Shown: positions 1-9,597, counted from the first letter of the stretch. The stretch: 64,000 nucleotides of DNA from Saprospira grandis str. Lewin (GCF_000250635.1 NC_016940.1:1160995-1224994); one strand, 5' to 3'. Numbers and translations are program-made. The notes: generated by a model not told the origin, from the sequence alone.

Positions 1-100
1 TCGGCCCTTCAGCGCTTGCAGCGCTTCGGTCTGGCCTAACGGCCACCCTTTCACATCGCTAGGCCGTTTGGCGGCTTCGCCGCCCAAACCCAAACCTTTG
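1..100. repeat. REP-like mosaic element, partial copy cut by window edge
   Basis: GC-rich modules (gcgcttcggtctggcc..ggccac..catcgctaggcc) shared with copies at 46825-46965 and 62552-62735. Confidence 0.5.
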
Positions 101-129
101 GTCCAGCTAGCTGTTTAATACCAAAAAAG

Positions 130-303
130 ATGAAGAAAGCCTCTAGAAAAAAGCCTTGGAAAAAAGAGCAACTCCCTTCCAAAATTTGTATACATTGCGG
201 CCGCCCCTTCAATTGGAGAAAGAAGTGGGCAAAAAACTGGGATGCTGTAAAATACTGCTCTAAAGCTTGCCGCAATGGAAAAACGCCTACAACTTCAAGA
301 TAG
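130..303 (+). CDS. small C4 zinc-finger protein, DUF2256-like (57 aa, below ORF-track cutoff)
   Basis: ATG130..TAG301-303 translates MKKASRKKPWKKEQLPSKICIHCGRPFNWRKKWAKNWDAVKYCSKACRNGKTPTTSR; CxxCGRPF-WRKKW-YCSxxCR signature. Confidence 0.55.
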   Translation: MKKASRKKPWKKEQLPSKICIHCGRPFNWRKKWAKNWDAVKYCSKACRNGKTPTTSR

Positions 304-304
304 A

Positions 305-724
305 ATGCTGAGCCAAAAATGGGGCTTTTATGTCTTGCTTTTCCTCCTGCTCTTAGGAGGCAGCTACCTCAACAGACTCCTCAAAGCGGGCATCTTTGGC
401 TGGGCCCTACTCGCCTTTGGCCTCTGGCAACTTAGCCGCTCTTTTCAACTGCAATTGCGTCTGGCCAAAAAAGAAATTATCCTAGAACGACAAATTTTTG
501 GCCTGACCATCAAACGCAGAAGCTGCGCTTTCTCTCAAATGGAATGCTGGGAGCATGGCTGCCGCCTCCTCTTTTTTCAGAATGACCAAAAATGCCTAGA
601 GCTCAGCTTTGAAGAGGAAGGGCTCCGCTGGGCCGAAAATAACTACCAAAGCCTATTGACCCAAGCCAAAATAGGACAAGCCCTCTGGGGCAAAATTATG
701 CAGTATTATGGCTTTTTGCGCTAA
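305..724 (+). CDS. hypothetical membrane protein (ORF track start 275; ATG305 directly follows upstream stop)
   Basis: ORF 275..724; hydrophobic N-terminal segments FYVLLFLLLLGG, GWALLAFGLW; no recognisable domain. Confidence 0.4.
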   Translation: MLSQKWGFYVLLFLLLLGGSYLNRLLKAGIFGWALLAFGLWQLSRSFQLQLRLAKKEIILERQIFGLTIKRRSCAFSQMECWEHGCRLLFFQNDQKCLELSFEEEGLRWAENNYQSLLTQAKIGQALWGKIMQYYGFLR

Positions 725-740
725 AACTGGCCCTTTACAG

Positions 741-900
741 CGGACAGGCGGCAAAGCCGCCGCAGGCTGAGGGATGGACAAGGGTGGCCGAAGGCCAGAC
801 CTAGCAAAATGAGCGCAGCGAAATTTTGCGCAGGGCCGAGCAGACCTGCGAGCTGCGAAACGTAGCGCCGCAAGGCAAAGCCGCAGCGGAGGCCCAAAAA
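741..900. repeat. REP-like mosaic element (reverse orientation)
   Basis: contains gcagggccgagcagacctgcgagc core and ggctgagggatgga module; the track ORF 653..928 here is a repeat artefact. Confidence 0.75.
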
Positions 901-1055
901 AATCCAGATGAATATAGAAACTTAACATTTTCTTGAAACAGCCTAAGCCATATTTCCTTAGAAAAAAGCGACCTTTGTCCTCAATTTTAAGCCTTTAAGT
1001 TGGTCTAATTTGGACCGCAAAAGGATTTCTTCGAATCAATTTACTTGCAGAACCT

Positions 1056-2543
1056 ATGGATATCAAAACCACTGCTGCCCCCTTTGAGGAGCACTTGAGC
1101 AAATGGCGCGAAAATGAAAAAACAGCCCTTGAACTTCAGCGCCTAGTTGGAGAACTGCGCTTTGATCGCTCTATTGAGATTGTCCTTTTCCGTCGAGATA
1201 TTTATGATAGCCGCCCCAGCCAAATTATTAATGACCACCTTTTTGCCAAAAATTACGTCAAAAAGCCCATTACGGCTCAGATGAGTTTGGCCATTACCGA
1301 GGCCATTGCCAAATTGGACCTGGCCCCCTCTAAAATTGATATTGGGAAGTTGGCCACAGAATGGCTGAGCTTAGACCAAAGTGAAAGCCCTAGCCTAGAA
1401 GATTTTGTGGCCGATCAGCTTAAGGATTTTGTGGGACAAGCGGCCAAAGATGCTCAAAATGTAAGCCCCAAAGATGTGGTGGTTTATGGTTTTGGTCGTA
1501 TTGGTCGCCTAGCCGTTCGCATTCTTACCGAAATGATGGGCCGTGGCGAGCAACTTCGTCTGCGCGCCATCGTTTTGCGCCCCCGAAAAGGAGGCGATTT
1601 GGTGGCCGAACTCAATAAACGAGCTTCGCTTTTGCGCAAAGATTCTGTGCATGGCAAATTGAGAGGAACCGTGCAGGTTTTGCATGAAGAAAACCAACTC
1701 ATTATTAATAGCTGTAAGGTGCAGATTATCTATGCCGCCCAGCCTGAAGATATTGACTACCGAGAATATGGCATCAATGAGGCCCTCATTATTGATAGTA
1801 CTGGGGCGTGGAAAGACCGTGAAGGCCTAAGCCGCCACCTTCGTCCTGGCGTAGATCGCGTGCTCTTTACCGCTCCCGCCAAAGGCATCAAAAATGTGGT
1901 CTATGGCATCAACCAAAGCGATTTGGACCTCAGTAGCGAGGAAGATAAAGTCGTTTGTGCCGCCTCTTGTACCACCAATGCCATTGCCCCCGTGCTCAAG
2001 GTGCTCAATGATAATTTTGGGATTGAAAAAGGCCATATGGAAACTATCCATGCCTATACCAGCTCTCAGAATTTGCTCGATAACTACCACAAAAAAGAAC
2101 GCCGTGGACGTGGAGCCGCCACTAATATGGTCATCACTTCTTCTGGAGCCAGCTCGGCCCTAAAAGAAGTATTGCCCGCCTTGACAGGTAAAATTACGGG
2201 CTCTTCTGTACGGGTACCTATTCCCGACGGTTCTGTGGCCATTATGACTCTCAACCTCGATAAGGCCATCAGCCTTGAGGAGCTCAACCAAGCTATGCGT
2301 CAGGCCTCTTTGCATGGCGACCTCTTTGAGCAAATTCAATACTCTACCTCTAAAGAGTTTGTTTCTGCCGATGTAATTGGTGCCCAAGCTTGCTCTGTTT
2401 ATGATGCGCCCGCCAGCAAAATTTCTGCAGATGGCAAAACCATTACCATCTATGTTTGGTACGATAACGAATACGGCTACACTCGCCAAGTACTTCGCCT
2501 GGCCAAATATGTGAGCCAAGTACGCCGCTATCACTACTACTAG
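1056..2543 (+). CDS. glyceraldehyde-3-phosphate dehydrogenase family protein with ~150-aa N-terminal extension
   Basis: VVYGFGRIGR Rossmann motif starts at aa~150; ASCTTNAIAP catalytic Cys motif; C-terminal GAPDH domain; 495 aa vs ~335 typical. Confidence 0.8.
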   Translation: MDIKTTAAPFEEHLSKWRENEKTALELQRLVGELRFDRSIEIVLFRRDIYDSRPSQIINDHLFAKNYVKKPITAQMSLAITEAIAKLDLAPSKIDIGKLATEWLSLDQSESPSLEDFVADQLKDFVGQAAKDAQNVSPKDVVVYGFGRIGRLAVRILTEMMGRGEQLRLRAIVLRPRKGGDLVAELNKRASLLRKDSVHGKLRGTVQVLHEENQLIINSCKVQIIYAAQPEDIDYREYGINEALIIDSTGAWKDREGLSRHLRPGVDRVLFTAPAKGIKNVVYGINQSDLDLSSEEDKVVCAASCTTNAIAPVLKVLNDNFGIEKGHMETIHAYTSSQNLLDNYHKKERRGRGAATNMVITSSGASSALKEVLPALTGKITGSSVRVPIPDGSVAIMTLNLDKAISLEELNQAMRQASLHGDLFEQIQYSTSKEFVSADVIGAQACSVYDAPASKISADGKTITIYVWYDNEYGYTRQVLRLAKYVSQVRRYHYY

Positions 2544-2568
2544 ACGCTTGTCTTTATTGTATAAAAAA

Positions 2569-2596
2569 AGGACTGCCTAAGGCAGTCCTTTTTTTG
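2569..2596 (+). terminator. rho-independent terminator
   Basis: aggactgcc-taa-ggcagtcct 9-bp stem followed by TTTTTTT; A-run upstream makes it potentially bidirectional. Confidence 0.8.
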
Positions 2597-2711
2597 TGCC
2601 CTACAACAATATAAAGCACTTAGCAAAAAACAAATACATTAACCGTATCAATACTTGCAATTACAAACCTAAGTCATTAACTTAGCGATACATAACAAAA
2701 ACACAAAAATT

Positions 2712-3473
2712 ATGCATCGACTAATTATCTTTCTCCTCAGCTTTTTTCCGCTTCTTCTATTGGCCCAAATCAATACGGATCGCCCCACCCAGTCCGAGAG
2801 TTCGGCCCTTGTTTTGCCCAAGCAACTACAGCTAGAGCTGGGCAGTAGCTGGCAGCAAGCCCCCGATTTACAGGCCTATCAATTGCCTGGTTTTTCTTGG
2901 CGCTACGGCCTCATTAAAGGCTTAGAATTGCGGGCCTTGGGGCAGCTGCAGCACCTTCTGCCCGAGCAAGAGCCAGCAGAAAATCATTGGAAGCTTTCGG
3001 GCCTTCAGCTAGGCACAAAAATGCAGCTTTTTTCTAGCGCTTCTGGAGCTGCCGAAGGGGCTTGGGTCAGCCAAATAGCCCTTCCTATCCAGACTTATGG
3101 GGGAGCGAGCAACTGGGCCTGGACCAACAAATTGGCCTTTAGCCATCAGCTCAATAGCCGACACAATTTGGCCTATAATCTGGGCACTCATTATGCCGAA
3201 GGGGGCCAACATAGCTTTAACTACACCCTTTGCTGGTCCTATAGTTTGGCCAAGGGTTGGACCGTTTTCCTAGAGCCTTATGGGCAGTTTTCGCCGCAAA
3301 ACAATCCGCAACTTTGGGCCAATACGGGCCTCATTTATTTGCTCAATAACAACCTTCAGCTCGACTGTTCTTTTGGCCTAGACCTACAAACGGCCCAACA
3401 GTATTTTATTGGACTAGGCCTGAGTAGCCGCTTTTTTGCCCCTGCCAAGGCTAAAGAAGAAGAGGAAGACTAG
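2712..3473 (+). CDS. hypothetical secreted/outer-membrane protein
   Basis: N-terminal signal peptide MHRLIIFLLSFFPLLLLAQ; aromatic/Gly/Asn-rich, possible beta-barrel; ends just before T-run plus REP. Confidence 0.5.
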   Translation: MHRLIIFLLSFFPLLLLAQINTDRPTQSESSALVLPKQLQLELGSSWQQAPDLQAYQLPGFSWRYGLIKGLELRALGQLQHLLPEQEPAENHWKLSGLQLGTKMQLFSSASGAAEGAWVSQIALPIQTYGGASNWAWTNKLAFSHQLNSRHNLAYNLGTHYAEGGQHSFNYTLCWSYSLAKGWTVFLEPYGQFSPQNNPQLWANTGLIYLLNNNLQLDCSFGLDLQTAQQYFIGLGLSSRFFAPAKAKEEEED

Positions 3474-3475
3474 TT

Positions 3476-3640
3476 GTTTTTTTCTTTTTTGGGGCTGCCC
3501 CGCCCTGCGGGCGGGTCGGGCTGTATCGCAGCTCGCAGCTCTGCTCGGCCCTGCAGGCTTTTTCGCTTCGCTTCAAAAGCCTTGGGTCTGCCGCCTTGCG
3601 GCGGCCCTGCTTTCCATCCCTCAGCCGGGGCAGTTTTCTT
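3476..3640. repeat. REP-like mosaic element, archetypal full copy (forward)
   Basis: T-run, GGGGCTGCCCCGCCCTGCGGGCGGGTCGGGCTG, GCTCGCAGCTCTGCTCGGCCCTGC core, GGCG..CGCC hairpin, TTCCATCCCTCAGCC module. Confidence 0.85.
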
Positions 3641-3679
3641 CGCTCCAATGGCAATTTCTAGCCACAATCTCCCCCTTCT

Positions 3680-4159
3680 ATGCCCTATCTTATTTTTCTT
3701 TCCCTCTTCTTCAGCAGCTCTTTTCTTTTGGCCCAATTGCAGCCTCTACCCGAGGCGGGCGGCCAGTTGGTCCTTCAAAAGGATAGTATTTTTTATATCG
3801 CTCCCAAAGCCAGCTATCTTTATCAAGCAGGCCAATTTATTGCCCTAGACAAGGCCCCAAAAGCGCCCCCCAAGAAGCCTAGTCTGGCCTGGGGCGCCCA
3901 AGAGCGATACATTTTGGACCAAAGCCAAAACTTTCGAGCAGGCTATTGGGCCAAAGATTTGGACCAAAGCGAGGCCCTGCTCGAACAAAAGAAAGCCGAA
4001 AGCTGGCAGAGCTTTCGGCTTTTCCTTCCTCCTTATGAGGATGCTTACATTTATAGCCTAATAGAAAAAGAGAAACAATTGTACCTCTGTCTCTATCTAG
4101 ACGAACAACATTTTTTACAACTTATTGTGGTAGAGCCGCCGCCTCCTTCTCTAAAATAG
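3680..4159 (+). CDS. hypothetical secreted protein
   Basis: signal peptide MPYLIFLSLFFSSSFLLAQ; no known domain. Confidence 0.45.
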   Translation: MPYLIFLSLFFSSSFLLAQLQPLPEAGGQLVLQKDSIFYIAPKASYLYQAGQFIALDKAPKAPPKKPSLAWGAQERYILDQSQNFRAGYWAKDLDQSEALLEQKKAESWQSFRLFLPPYEDAYIYSLIEKEKQLYLCLYLDEQHFLQLIVVEPPPPSLK

Positions 4160-5540
4160 AGCGGTAAGTGCTGGTATCTACACAAAAAGGCATATTGTCC
4201 TGCTTTAGGTACTTATACCCCGCAGTCATATCTGGGTTTGGACCTGCTTTTTTCGTCTTAAAGTCTAGGGCTTCGGCGCAGCCTTGTTCTAATCCAGCAA
4301 TAAAGTTGGCCACTAAGCGGGCTTGCTCTGCTCGGCCTTCCCAGCCTAAGCCCACGGCTTCTACCATGCCCAAAACAAAGAGGTTATCATATTGAGGATG
4401 GAACATATTGAGGTAGAGCTTGGGCGCTCGTTCTTGCCAGTTCAGCTCCTTTTTGTCAATAAAAGGATAATCTAGCTTATAGCCCGTAGCCAACATCAAG
4501 ATATCATACTCTTCCTTTTGGCCATCTTTAAAATGGACCGTTTGCCCCTCAAACTGCTTAATATCTCCACGGATGTTAATATCACCTTGGCCAATATGCT
4601 GTAAAATCAGCGTATTCATTACTGGCCGAGACTCATACACCTTATGGTCTGGGGCAGGAAAACCAAAGTGCTGCAGATCGCCAACTACCCATTTGAGGAG
4701 CTTTCCGCCAATCCATTGCTGTAAAGGACGGGGCAGGCGCCATTTTCCACCTAAGGTATCCGAGGGTTTACCCATAATGTATTTGGGCACAAAATAATAG
4801 CCTCTACGAACAGAGACATCTACCTTGGGCGAACGGTGGGCCGCATCTACGGCAATATCGCAGCCGCTGTTTCCAGCACCAATAATCAAGACCCGCTTAC
4901 CTTCAAAGATGGCCGCATTTTTATACTGCGAAGAATGCCAAATCTCTCCAGTAAACTCCCCTTTAAACTTGGGGTAATTGGGCTGGGCCAACATGCCATT
5001 GGCAATAATGAGCCCTTTGTAAAGATGGCTAGACCTTTGGCCATTTTGCTCTACTGTTATCTCCCACTGCTCTCCTTTTCTTTCCGTCTTGATCACCTTG
5101 GTCTGAAAAGAATAGTGAGGATAAAGGTCAAACTCCTCGGCATAAGCCTGAAAATAGCTATACATCTCTCGATGAGAAGGGTAATCGGGCCAGTGTTCCG
5201 GCATTGGGAAATCCTTGAATTCCGTTTGCTTTTTAGAAGAAATCAGGTGAGCTGACTCGTAGACAATGCTATTTGGATTATTGATATTCCATAATCCGCC
5301 AACATCTACACCTAGCTCAAAGCCATCAAAAGGAATTCCTTGTTCCTTGAGTGCTTTGGCCGCAGAAATCCCCGAAGGGCCGGCACCAATAATAGCATAC
5401 TTTTCTTCTGTTTGGAGGAGGGATTTGGGGCCTTGGACATTATTCTTGCGATTGGGCACAAATATATAGTTTTGGTGAAAGCGTAAAATGCTAAGCATCT
5501 CGCTATAATAGACTTTCTGCCAATAGATAACGGTTTTCAA
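4122..5540 (-). CDS. flavin-containing monooxygenase (NADPH-dependent, FMO/BVMO class)
   Basis: GAGPSG FAD motif, GAGNSG NADPH motif, FKGEFTGEIWHSSQY = FxGxxxHxxxY FMO signature; true start may be Met at 5498. Confidence 0.8.
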   Translation of the reverse strand: MKTVIYWQKVYYSEMLSILRFHQNYIFVPNRKNNVQGPKSLLQTEEKYAIIGAGPSGISAAKALKEQGIPFDGFELGVDVGGLWNINNPNSIVYESAHLISSKKQTEFKDFPMPEHWPDYPSHREMYSYFQAYAEEFDLYPHYSFQTKVIKTERKGEQWEITVEQNGQRSSHLYKGLIIANGMLAQPNYPKFKGEFTGEIWHSSQYKNAAIFEGKRVLIIGAGNSGCDIAVDAAHRSPKVDVSVRRGYYFVPKYIMGKPSDTLGGKWRLPRPLQQWIGGKLLKWVVGDLQHFGFPAPDHKVYESRPVMNTLILQHIGQGDINIRGDIKQFEGQTVHFKDGQKEEYDILMLATGYKLDYPFIDKKELNWQERAPKLYLNMFHPQYDNLFVLGMVEAVGLGWEGRAEQARLVANFIAGLEQGCAEALDFKTKKAGPNPDMTAGYKYLKQDNMPFCVDTSTYRSILEKEAAALPQ

Positions 5541-5719
5541 AAAAAAATGAAAATTTCTACCGTTAAAAAAATCTAATGAATTCGGGAAATCGTATTAAAT
5601 AGATTTTTTTTTAAAAGATGGCTCTAAAGGGTAACAAAACCTTAAGAATTGTCATCTATATAATAAGTCTTAGGTAAATGCTTATCTAAGACCTCTTATC
5701 TCACCTAAAGCTTAATTTA

Positions 5720-6769
5720 ATGTCTAGATTATTATTTTTACCCTTACTCTTATTCTTCTTCTACCAACCGGCAGAAGCTCAACTAATGAACCGCCTTAAG
5801 AAAAAGGCAAAAGCAGGTGTTGCTGGCGTGAAGGCCCAAACAGAACAAGCTGTAGACATCAATAGTCTGCCAGCAGAAGAGCGTCGAGCACTGTATGAAA
5901 AAAAAGGCTATCAAGTTGTTGTTGGCTATCTACACTGGGCCACTGGGCAAGGTGAGCTGGCAGAAGAAGTGACTGGTGCAGCGAAAGCTATGCAACACCC
6001 TAGCGCAACTTATGCTGAATTAACATCTCCCTTAGAGGATCGTAAACTCCTTCAATACTCAGAACTTCCTGAATCTAGTGATTGGGTGGAAGCTGGAGAT
6101 AAACTTTATGCTATTGTTGGACTAAGTGGTATCATTAAAAATCCTGAAACGAACAAGGCTTTCCGTTATCAAGAACTAGATAAGGCCACTGTTCGCAAAC
6201 TTCTTTTTGAAGACGAAAGCTGGATTCTTTACCTAAACCGTCCTGGTGCAGAAGTTATGGTTATTGCTGCTGGAGCAGCAACTGTAACCAAAGCTCAAAA
6301 TCTTTTTGAGGCAGAAAGTTCTTTAGCCAAAGCTAAAGCCGTTGAAGCTAAAATCAATATCCGCTTAGAAAAAGAGAAAGCCAAAGAACTAGAAGAGCTC
6401 AATGCTGCGGCTGCCAAAGTACAAGTGCCTAAAAAAGGCGCTATGGATAAAAATAGCGACCTCCGTGCTTTGTCTAAAAAATACTTGACTGAGCTTTGTG
6501 AAAAAGACGGCACTCCCCTACTCTATTTTCACCTAGAGTCTAATGATTGGACCCCCTACATGAACCAATTGACCTCTAAGCCTTTTTACCGCTGGTGTAA
6601 GGGTGCTTTTGTTCAGAAGAATAAAGACGGAAGTTGCATGCTTCATGGCTATACGCTCAAGCAGCGTTATGTGGGTGGAAAATACCATACAGAAATTGAG
6701 TTTGGTGGAGTGATCCAGGGCCAAGTGCCTTATGGTAGCTACATCAGCTGCGATAATATTCCGAAATAA
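5720..6769 (+). CDS. hypothetical secreted protein
   Basis: signal peptide ..FFFYQPAEAQ; Lys/Glu/Ala-rich coiled region; no domain recognised. Confidence 0.5.
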   Translation: MSRLLFLPLLLFFFYQPAEAQLMNRLKKKAKAGVAGVKAQTEQAVDINSLPAEERRALYEKKGYQVVVGYLHWATGQGELAEEVTGAAKAMQHPSATYAELTSPLEDRKLLQYSELPESSDWVEAGDKLYAIVGLSGIIKNPETNKAFRYQELDKATVRKLLFEDESWILYLNRPGAEVMVIAAGAATVTKAQNLFEAESSLAKAKAVEAKINIRLEKEKAKELEELNAAAAKVQVPKKGAMDKNSDLRALSKKYLTELCEKDGTPLLYFHLESNDWTPYMNQLTSKPFYRWCKGAFVQKNKDGSCMLHGYTLKQRYVGGKYHTEIEFGGVIQGQVPYGSYISCDNIPK

Positions 6770-6791
6770 TCATTTTTCGGTTTGATGTAAA

Positions 6792-6816
6792 AGGGAGCTT
6801 AGGCTCCCTTTTTTTT
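6792..6816 (+). terminator. rho-independent terminator
   Basis: agggagc-tta-gctccct stem followed by TTTTTTTT. Confidence 0.75.
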
Positions 6817-6829
6817 GGTCCATTTTTGC

Positions 6830-6985
6830 GCCTAGAGGAGCGAAGCGACTGGCCCAGCGCTGCGGAGGGGTGGCCGAAGGCCAGACCCAAGCCGCCGCAG
6901 GCGGCTGCAGGGCCGAACAGACCTGTGAGCCCCGCAGCATAGCGGCGGCCGAACTAGGCGAAGCCTAGCCGGCCGCGGGCCCCAA
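6830..6985. repeat. REP-like mosaic element (reverse)
   Basis: gcagggccgaacagacctgtgagccccgcagcatagcggcggcc..; 3' module near-identical to 60285-60345. Confidence 0.8.
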
Positions 6986-7018
6986 AGCATAAAAAAATAA
7001 CCAACCCTAATGCTAGAG
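6981..7018 (-). terminator. rho-independent terminator of metK
   Basis: aataaccaac..gttggttatt 10-bp stem; A-run on + strand = T-run on - strand. Confidence 0.65.
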
Positions 7019-7056
7019 TTGGTTATTCTTATATCTAGAGAAGTAGAAAATTTATC

Positions 7057-8310
7057 CTAAAGACCAAAAGCCTTTTTGATATCTTCTACACGGTCCAAAC
7101 GCTCCCAAGTGAAGGTTTCCACTTGGCGTTTTTCCCAGCCCTGAGGCGTCAATACTTCTACCTCTTTCATTTCTGAAGGGCGGCCCATGTGACCATAAGC
7201 AGCAGTTTCAGAATAGATAGGATTGCGTAGGCCGAGGTTGCGAATTACGGCAGAAGGGCGAAGATCGAACAAAGTAGAAAGCGTTTTAGCGATTTCCCCA
7301 TCGTTCATATCTACTTTGGCCGTGCCATAAGTGTCTACAAAAAGACCTACGGGCTCGGCTACACCAATGGCGTAAGCCACCTGAACGAGTGCTTGATCAG
7401 CAACGCCAGCAGCCACCAAGTTTTTGGCGATATGGCGAGTTGCGTAAGCAGCAGAGCGGTCTACTTTTGAAGGATCTTTACCAGAGAAAGCGCCACCACC
7501 GTGGGCACCTTTTCCACCATAAGTATCTACAATGATCTTGCGGCCGGTCAAACCAGCATCGCCATGAGGACCACCAATAACGAACTTACCTGTGGGGTTG
7601 ACATGATAGATGATGTTGTCATCAAAAAGGGCCTGAATGCGCTCGGGCAAGCTTGCTTTTACGCGGGGCACCAAGGTTTCGATCACATCCTTTTCGATTT
7701 GATCGCGCATGTTTTTTTCCTCTGCAAAATCGTCATGTTGTGTAGACAAAACGATGGTGTTGATGCGGATCGGCTGATGGTCATCATTGTACTCAATGGT
7801 TACCTGAGACTTGGCATCGGGGCGGAGGTAAGTCATTTCTTTACCCGCCTTGCGAATGTCTGCCAACTCTCTCAACAAACGGTGAGAAAGGTCTAGGGCC
7901 AAAGGCATGTAGTTATCGGTTTCGTTGGTGGCAAAACCGAACATCATTCCTTGGTCACCAGCGCCCTGCTCCTCTTCTTCACGTCCTACATCTACGCCCT
8001 GCGCAATATCGGCAGATTGTTCGTGGATAGCAGACATGATTCCACAAGAGTTATAGTCAAATTGATATTCAGCTTTGGTATAACCGATTTTATGCAAAGT
8101 TTTGCGAATCGCTTTTTGGATATCTACATAAGCTTCTGAGCGAACTTCACCGCCCACAACCACCAAACCTGTGGTCACAAAGCTTTCACAGGCTACCTTA
8201 GAACTAGGATCATTGGCCAAAAAAGCATCTAGGATAGCATCTGAGATTTGGTCGGCTACTTTATCGGGATGCCCTTCAGAGACCGACTCTGATGTGAACA
8301 AATATGGCAT
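7057..8310 (-). CDS. metK: S-adenosylmethionine synthetase
   Basis: [26 protein letters not shown]-terminus, [21 protein letters not shown] and [17 protein letters not shown] motifs. Confidence 0.95.
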   Translation of the reverse strand: MPYLFTSESVSEGHPDKVADQISDAILDAFLANDPSSKVACESFVTTGLVVVGGEVRSEAYVDIQKAIRKTLHKIGYTKAEYQFDYNSCGIMSAIHEQSADIAQGVDVGREEEEQGAGDQGMMFGFATNETDNYMPLALDLSHRLLRELADIRKAGKEMTYLRPDAKSQVTIEYNDDHQPIRINTIVLSTQHDDFAEEKNMRDQIEKDVIETLVPRVKASLPERIQALFDDNIIYHVNPTGKFVIGGPHGDAGLTGRKIIVDTYGGKGAHGGGAFSGKDPSKVDRSAAYATRHIAKNLVAAGVADQALVQVAYAIGVAEPVGLFVDTYGTAKVDMNDGEIAKTLSTLFDLRPSAVIRNLGLRNPIYSETAAYGHMGRPSEMKEVEVLTPQGWEKRQVETFTWERLDRVEDIKKAFGL

Positions 8311-8682
8311 TATTTCTCGCTAATTTAAAGTTGTTCAAAAAATATGCAAAGGGCCAAATTTGTCTTTTGGGCGGCCTTCGCTTCATAAATGCAGCAAAGA
8401 TATAAATTTCTGCAAAGGAAGTTAAGCCCGCCCCTATTTTGCTAGAAAAAAAGCTGAGGAACAAGCGCCAAGCAATCAAAAATCAAAGGCCCGAGCAAAA
8501 CAAGCCTCGGCCCAGTTTATTTCTTCCTGCTCAAAATGACTAAATTCTTTTCCTTACAGCCGCAGGCCCCCGAAAAACAGTTATCCTTGATGAATATTGC
8601 ATAGAAAACAGCTTGTTTTATGAAAATTGCATACGATTTAAGGCTTAAGTTGTAAAACACTATCATTCGTTTCTTTTTTTGG

Positions 8683-8995
8683 GGCTGCCCCGGCCATAGG
8701 CCGGGTCGGGCTGTGTCGTGGCTCGCAGGTCTGCTCGGCCCTGCGGCGCAAAGCGCCTTGGTCTGCGGCTGCGCCGCCCCACTTTCCATCCCTCAGCCGA
8801 TGCAGGCCAGGGCCTGCATAAAAGCGGCAGGCTATCGCCTATTTAATGTAAAGCGGGCCAGGGCCCGCTTTGAATTGGACCAATTTGGCCCAGGCAGCCC
8901 GAGGGATTCCGCAAGGAATCCCGCAGAGGGGTGGCTGGGCGGGTCATCAGTACGGATGAGGAGCGAAGCGAGGAATACCGCTTTGGGCCAACCAA
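8683..8995. repeat. composite REP-like element: forward core copy plus palindromic module B (GGATTCC..GGAATCCC)
   Basis: ggggctgcccc..gctcgcaggtctgctcggccctgc..ttccatccctcagcc then gggattccgcaaggaatcccgcagaggggtggctgggcggg..gatgaggagcgaagcgaggaataccgc. Confidence 0.8.
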
Positions 8996-9027
8996 AAGCA
9001 GAAAAGACTGTTTAAGGAAAAAACGCC

Positions 9028-9423
9028 ATGAAAAAAGTAGAAAAAACCGAGGCCCAATGGAGGGCCCAACTTCAGCCAGAAGAGTACCGCATTTTGCGAC
9101 AAGCAGGTACCGAACGCCCCTTTACAGGAGCCTATTACCAAGAAGAGCGAGCTGGCCAATATAGCTGCAAAGCCTGCAATTGGCCCCTTTTTGATGCCCA
9201 ACAGAAATATCATTCGGGCTGTGGCTGGCCCAGCTTCTGGACCGAGCTAGGCAGCGCCAACATCATCCAGCGGCCAGATTATAGCCATGGCATGCAACGC
9301 ATCGAGCTGCTTTGCCCTCAGTGCGAATCGCATTTGGGCCATATCTTTAATGATGGGCCAGCCCCTACGGGCCTTCGCTATTGTATCAATTCGGCTAGCC
9401 TGAACTTTAGCCCCAAAGAATAA
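9028..9423 (+). CDS. msrB: peptide-methionine (R)-S-oxide reductase
   Basis: CKACNWPLF..CGWPSFW..CPQCESHLGHIF..RYCINS SelR/MsrB motifs, 131 aa. Confidence 0.9.
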   Translation: MKKVEKTEAQWRAQLQPEEYRILRQAGTERPFTGAYYQEERAGQYSCKACNWPLFDAQQKYHSGCGWPSFWTELGSANIIQRPDYSHGMQRIELLCPQCESHLGHIFNDGPAPTGLRYCINSASLNFSPKE

Positions 9424-9592
9424 GGTCCAAGGAGGCGGCGAAGCCGCCGAAAAGGCGCGCAGCGCCTCGGCTGAGGGGCTGTAGCAGGGCCGCCAAAGGC
9501 GGCAGACCAAAGCGCTGAAAGCGCTGCAGGGCCGAGCAGACCTGCGAGCTGCGCAATGGCCCGACCCAGCCGAAGGCTGGGGCAGCCCCAAA
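9424..9592. repeat. REP-like mosaic element (reverse)
   Basis: ggctgagggg..gcagggccgagcagacctgcgagctgcg..ggggcagcccc. Confidence 0.8.
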
Positions 9593-9597
9593 TCCTC

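Noticed and set aside
653-928. Track ORFs lying inside REP-like elements (e.g. 653..928, 3436..3786, 3474..3848, 8713..9015, 9247..9591, 16954..17505, 17283..17663, 24757..24957, 25993..26316, 31527..31775, 33014..33439, 35791..36120, 38205..38429, 50467..50901, 54960..55148, 58195..58404, 62553..62768)
   Set aside because: They coincide with GC-rich repeat copies present in both orientations, have Ala/Arg/Gly/Pro-rich low-complexity translations and lack conserved frames between copies. They are artefacts of the repeat composition, not genes.
1484-2534. Several 60-130-aa ORFs antisense to or out of frame within the GAPDH-family gene (1484..1702, 1509..1697, 1827..2090, 1894..2163, 2084..2287, 2160..2534)
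   Set aside because: They are nested in a gene with strong family-wide similarity in the annotated frame. They have no independent signals.
5676-5706. Inverted repeat gtcttag-N12-ctaagac upstream of gene 5720
   Set aside because: It is a short 7-bp stem in an AT-rich promoter region, which could arise by chance. There is no second copy or supporting context.
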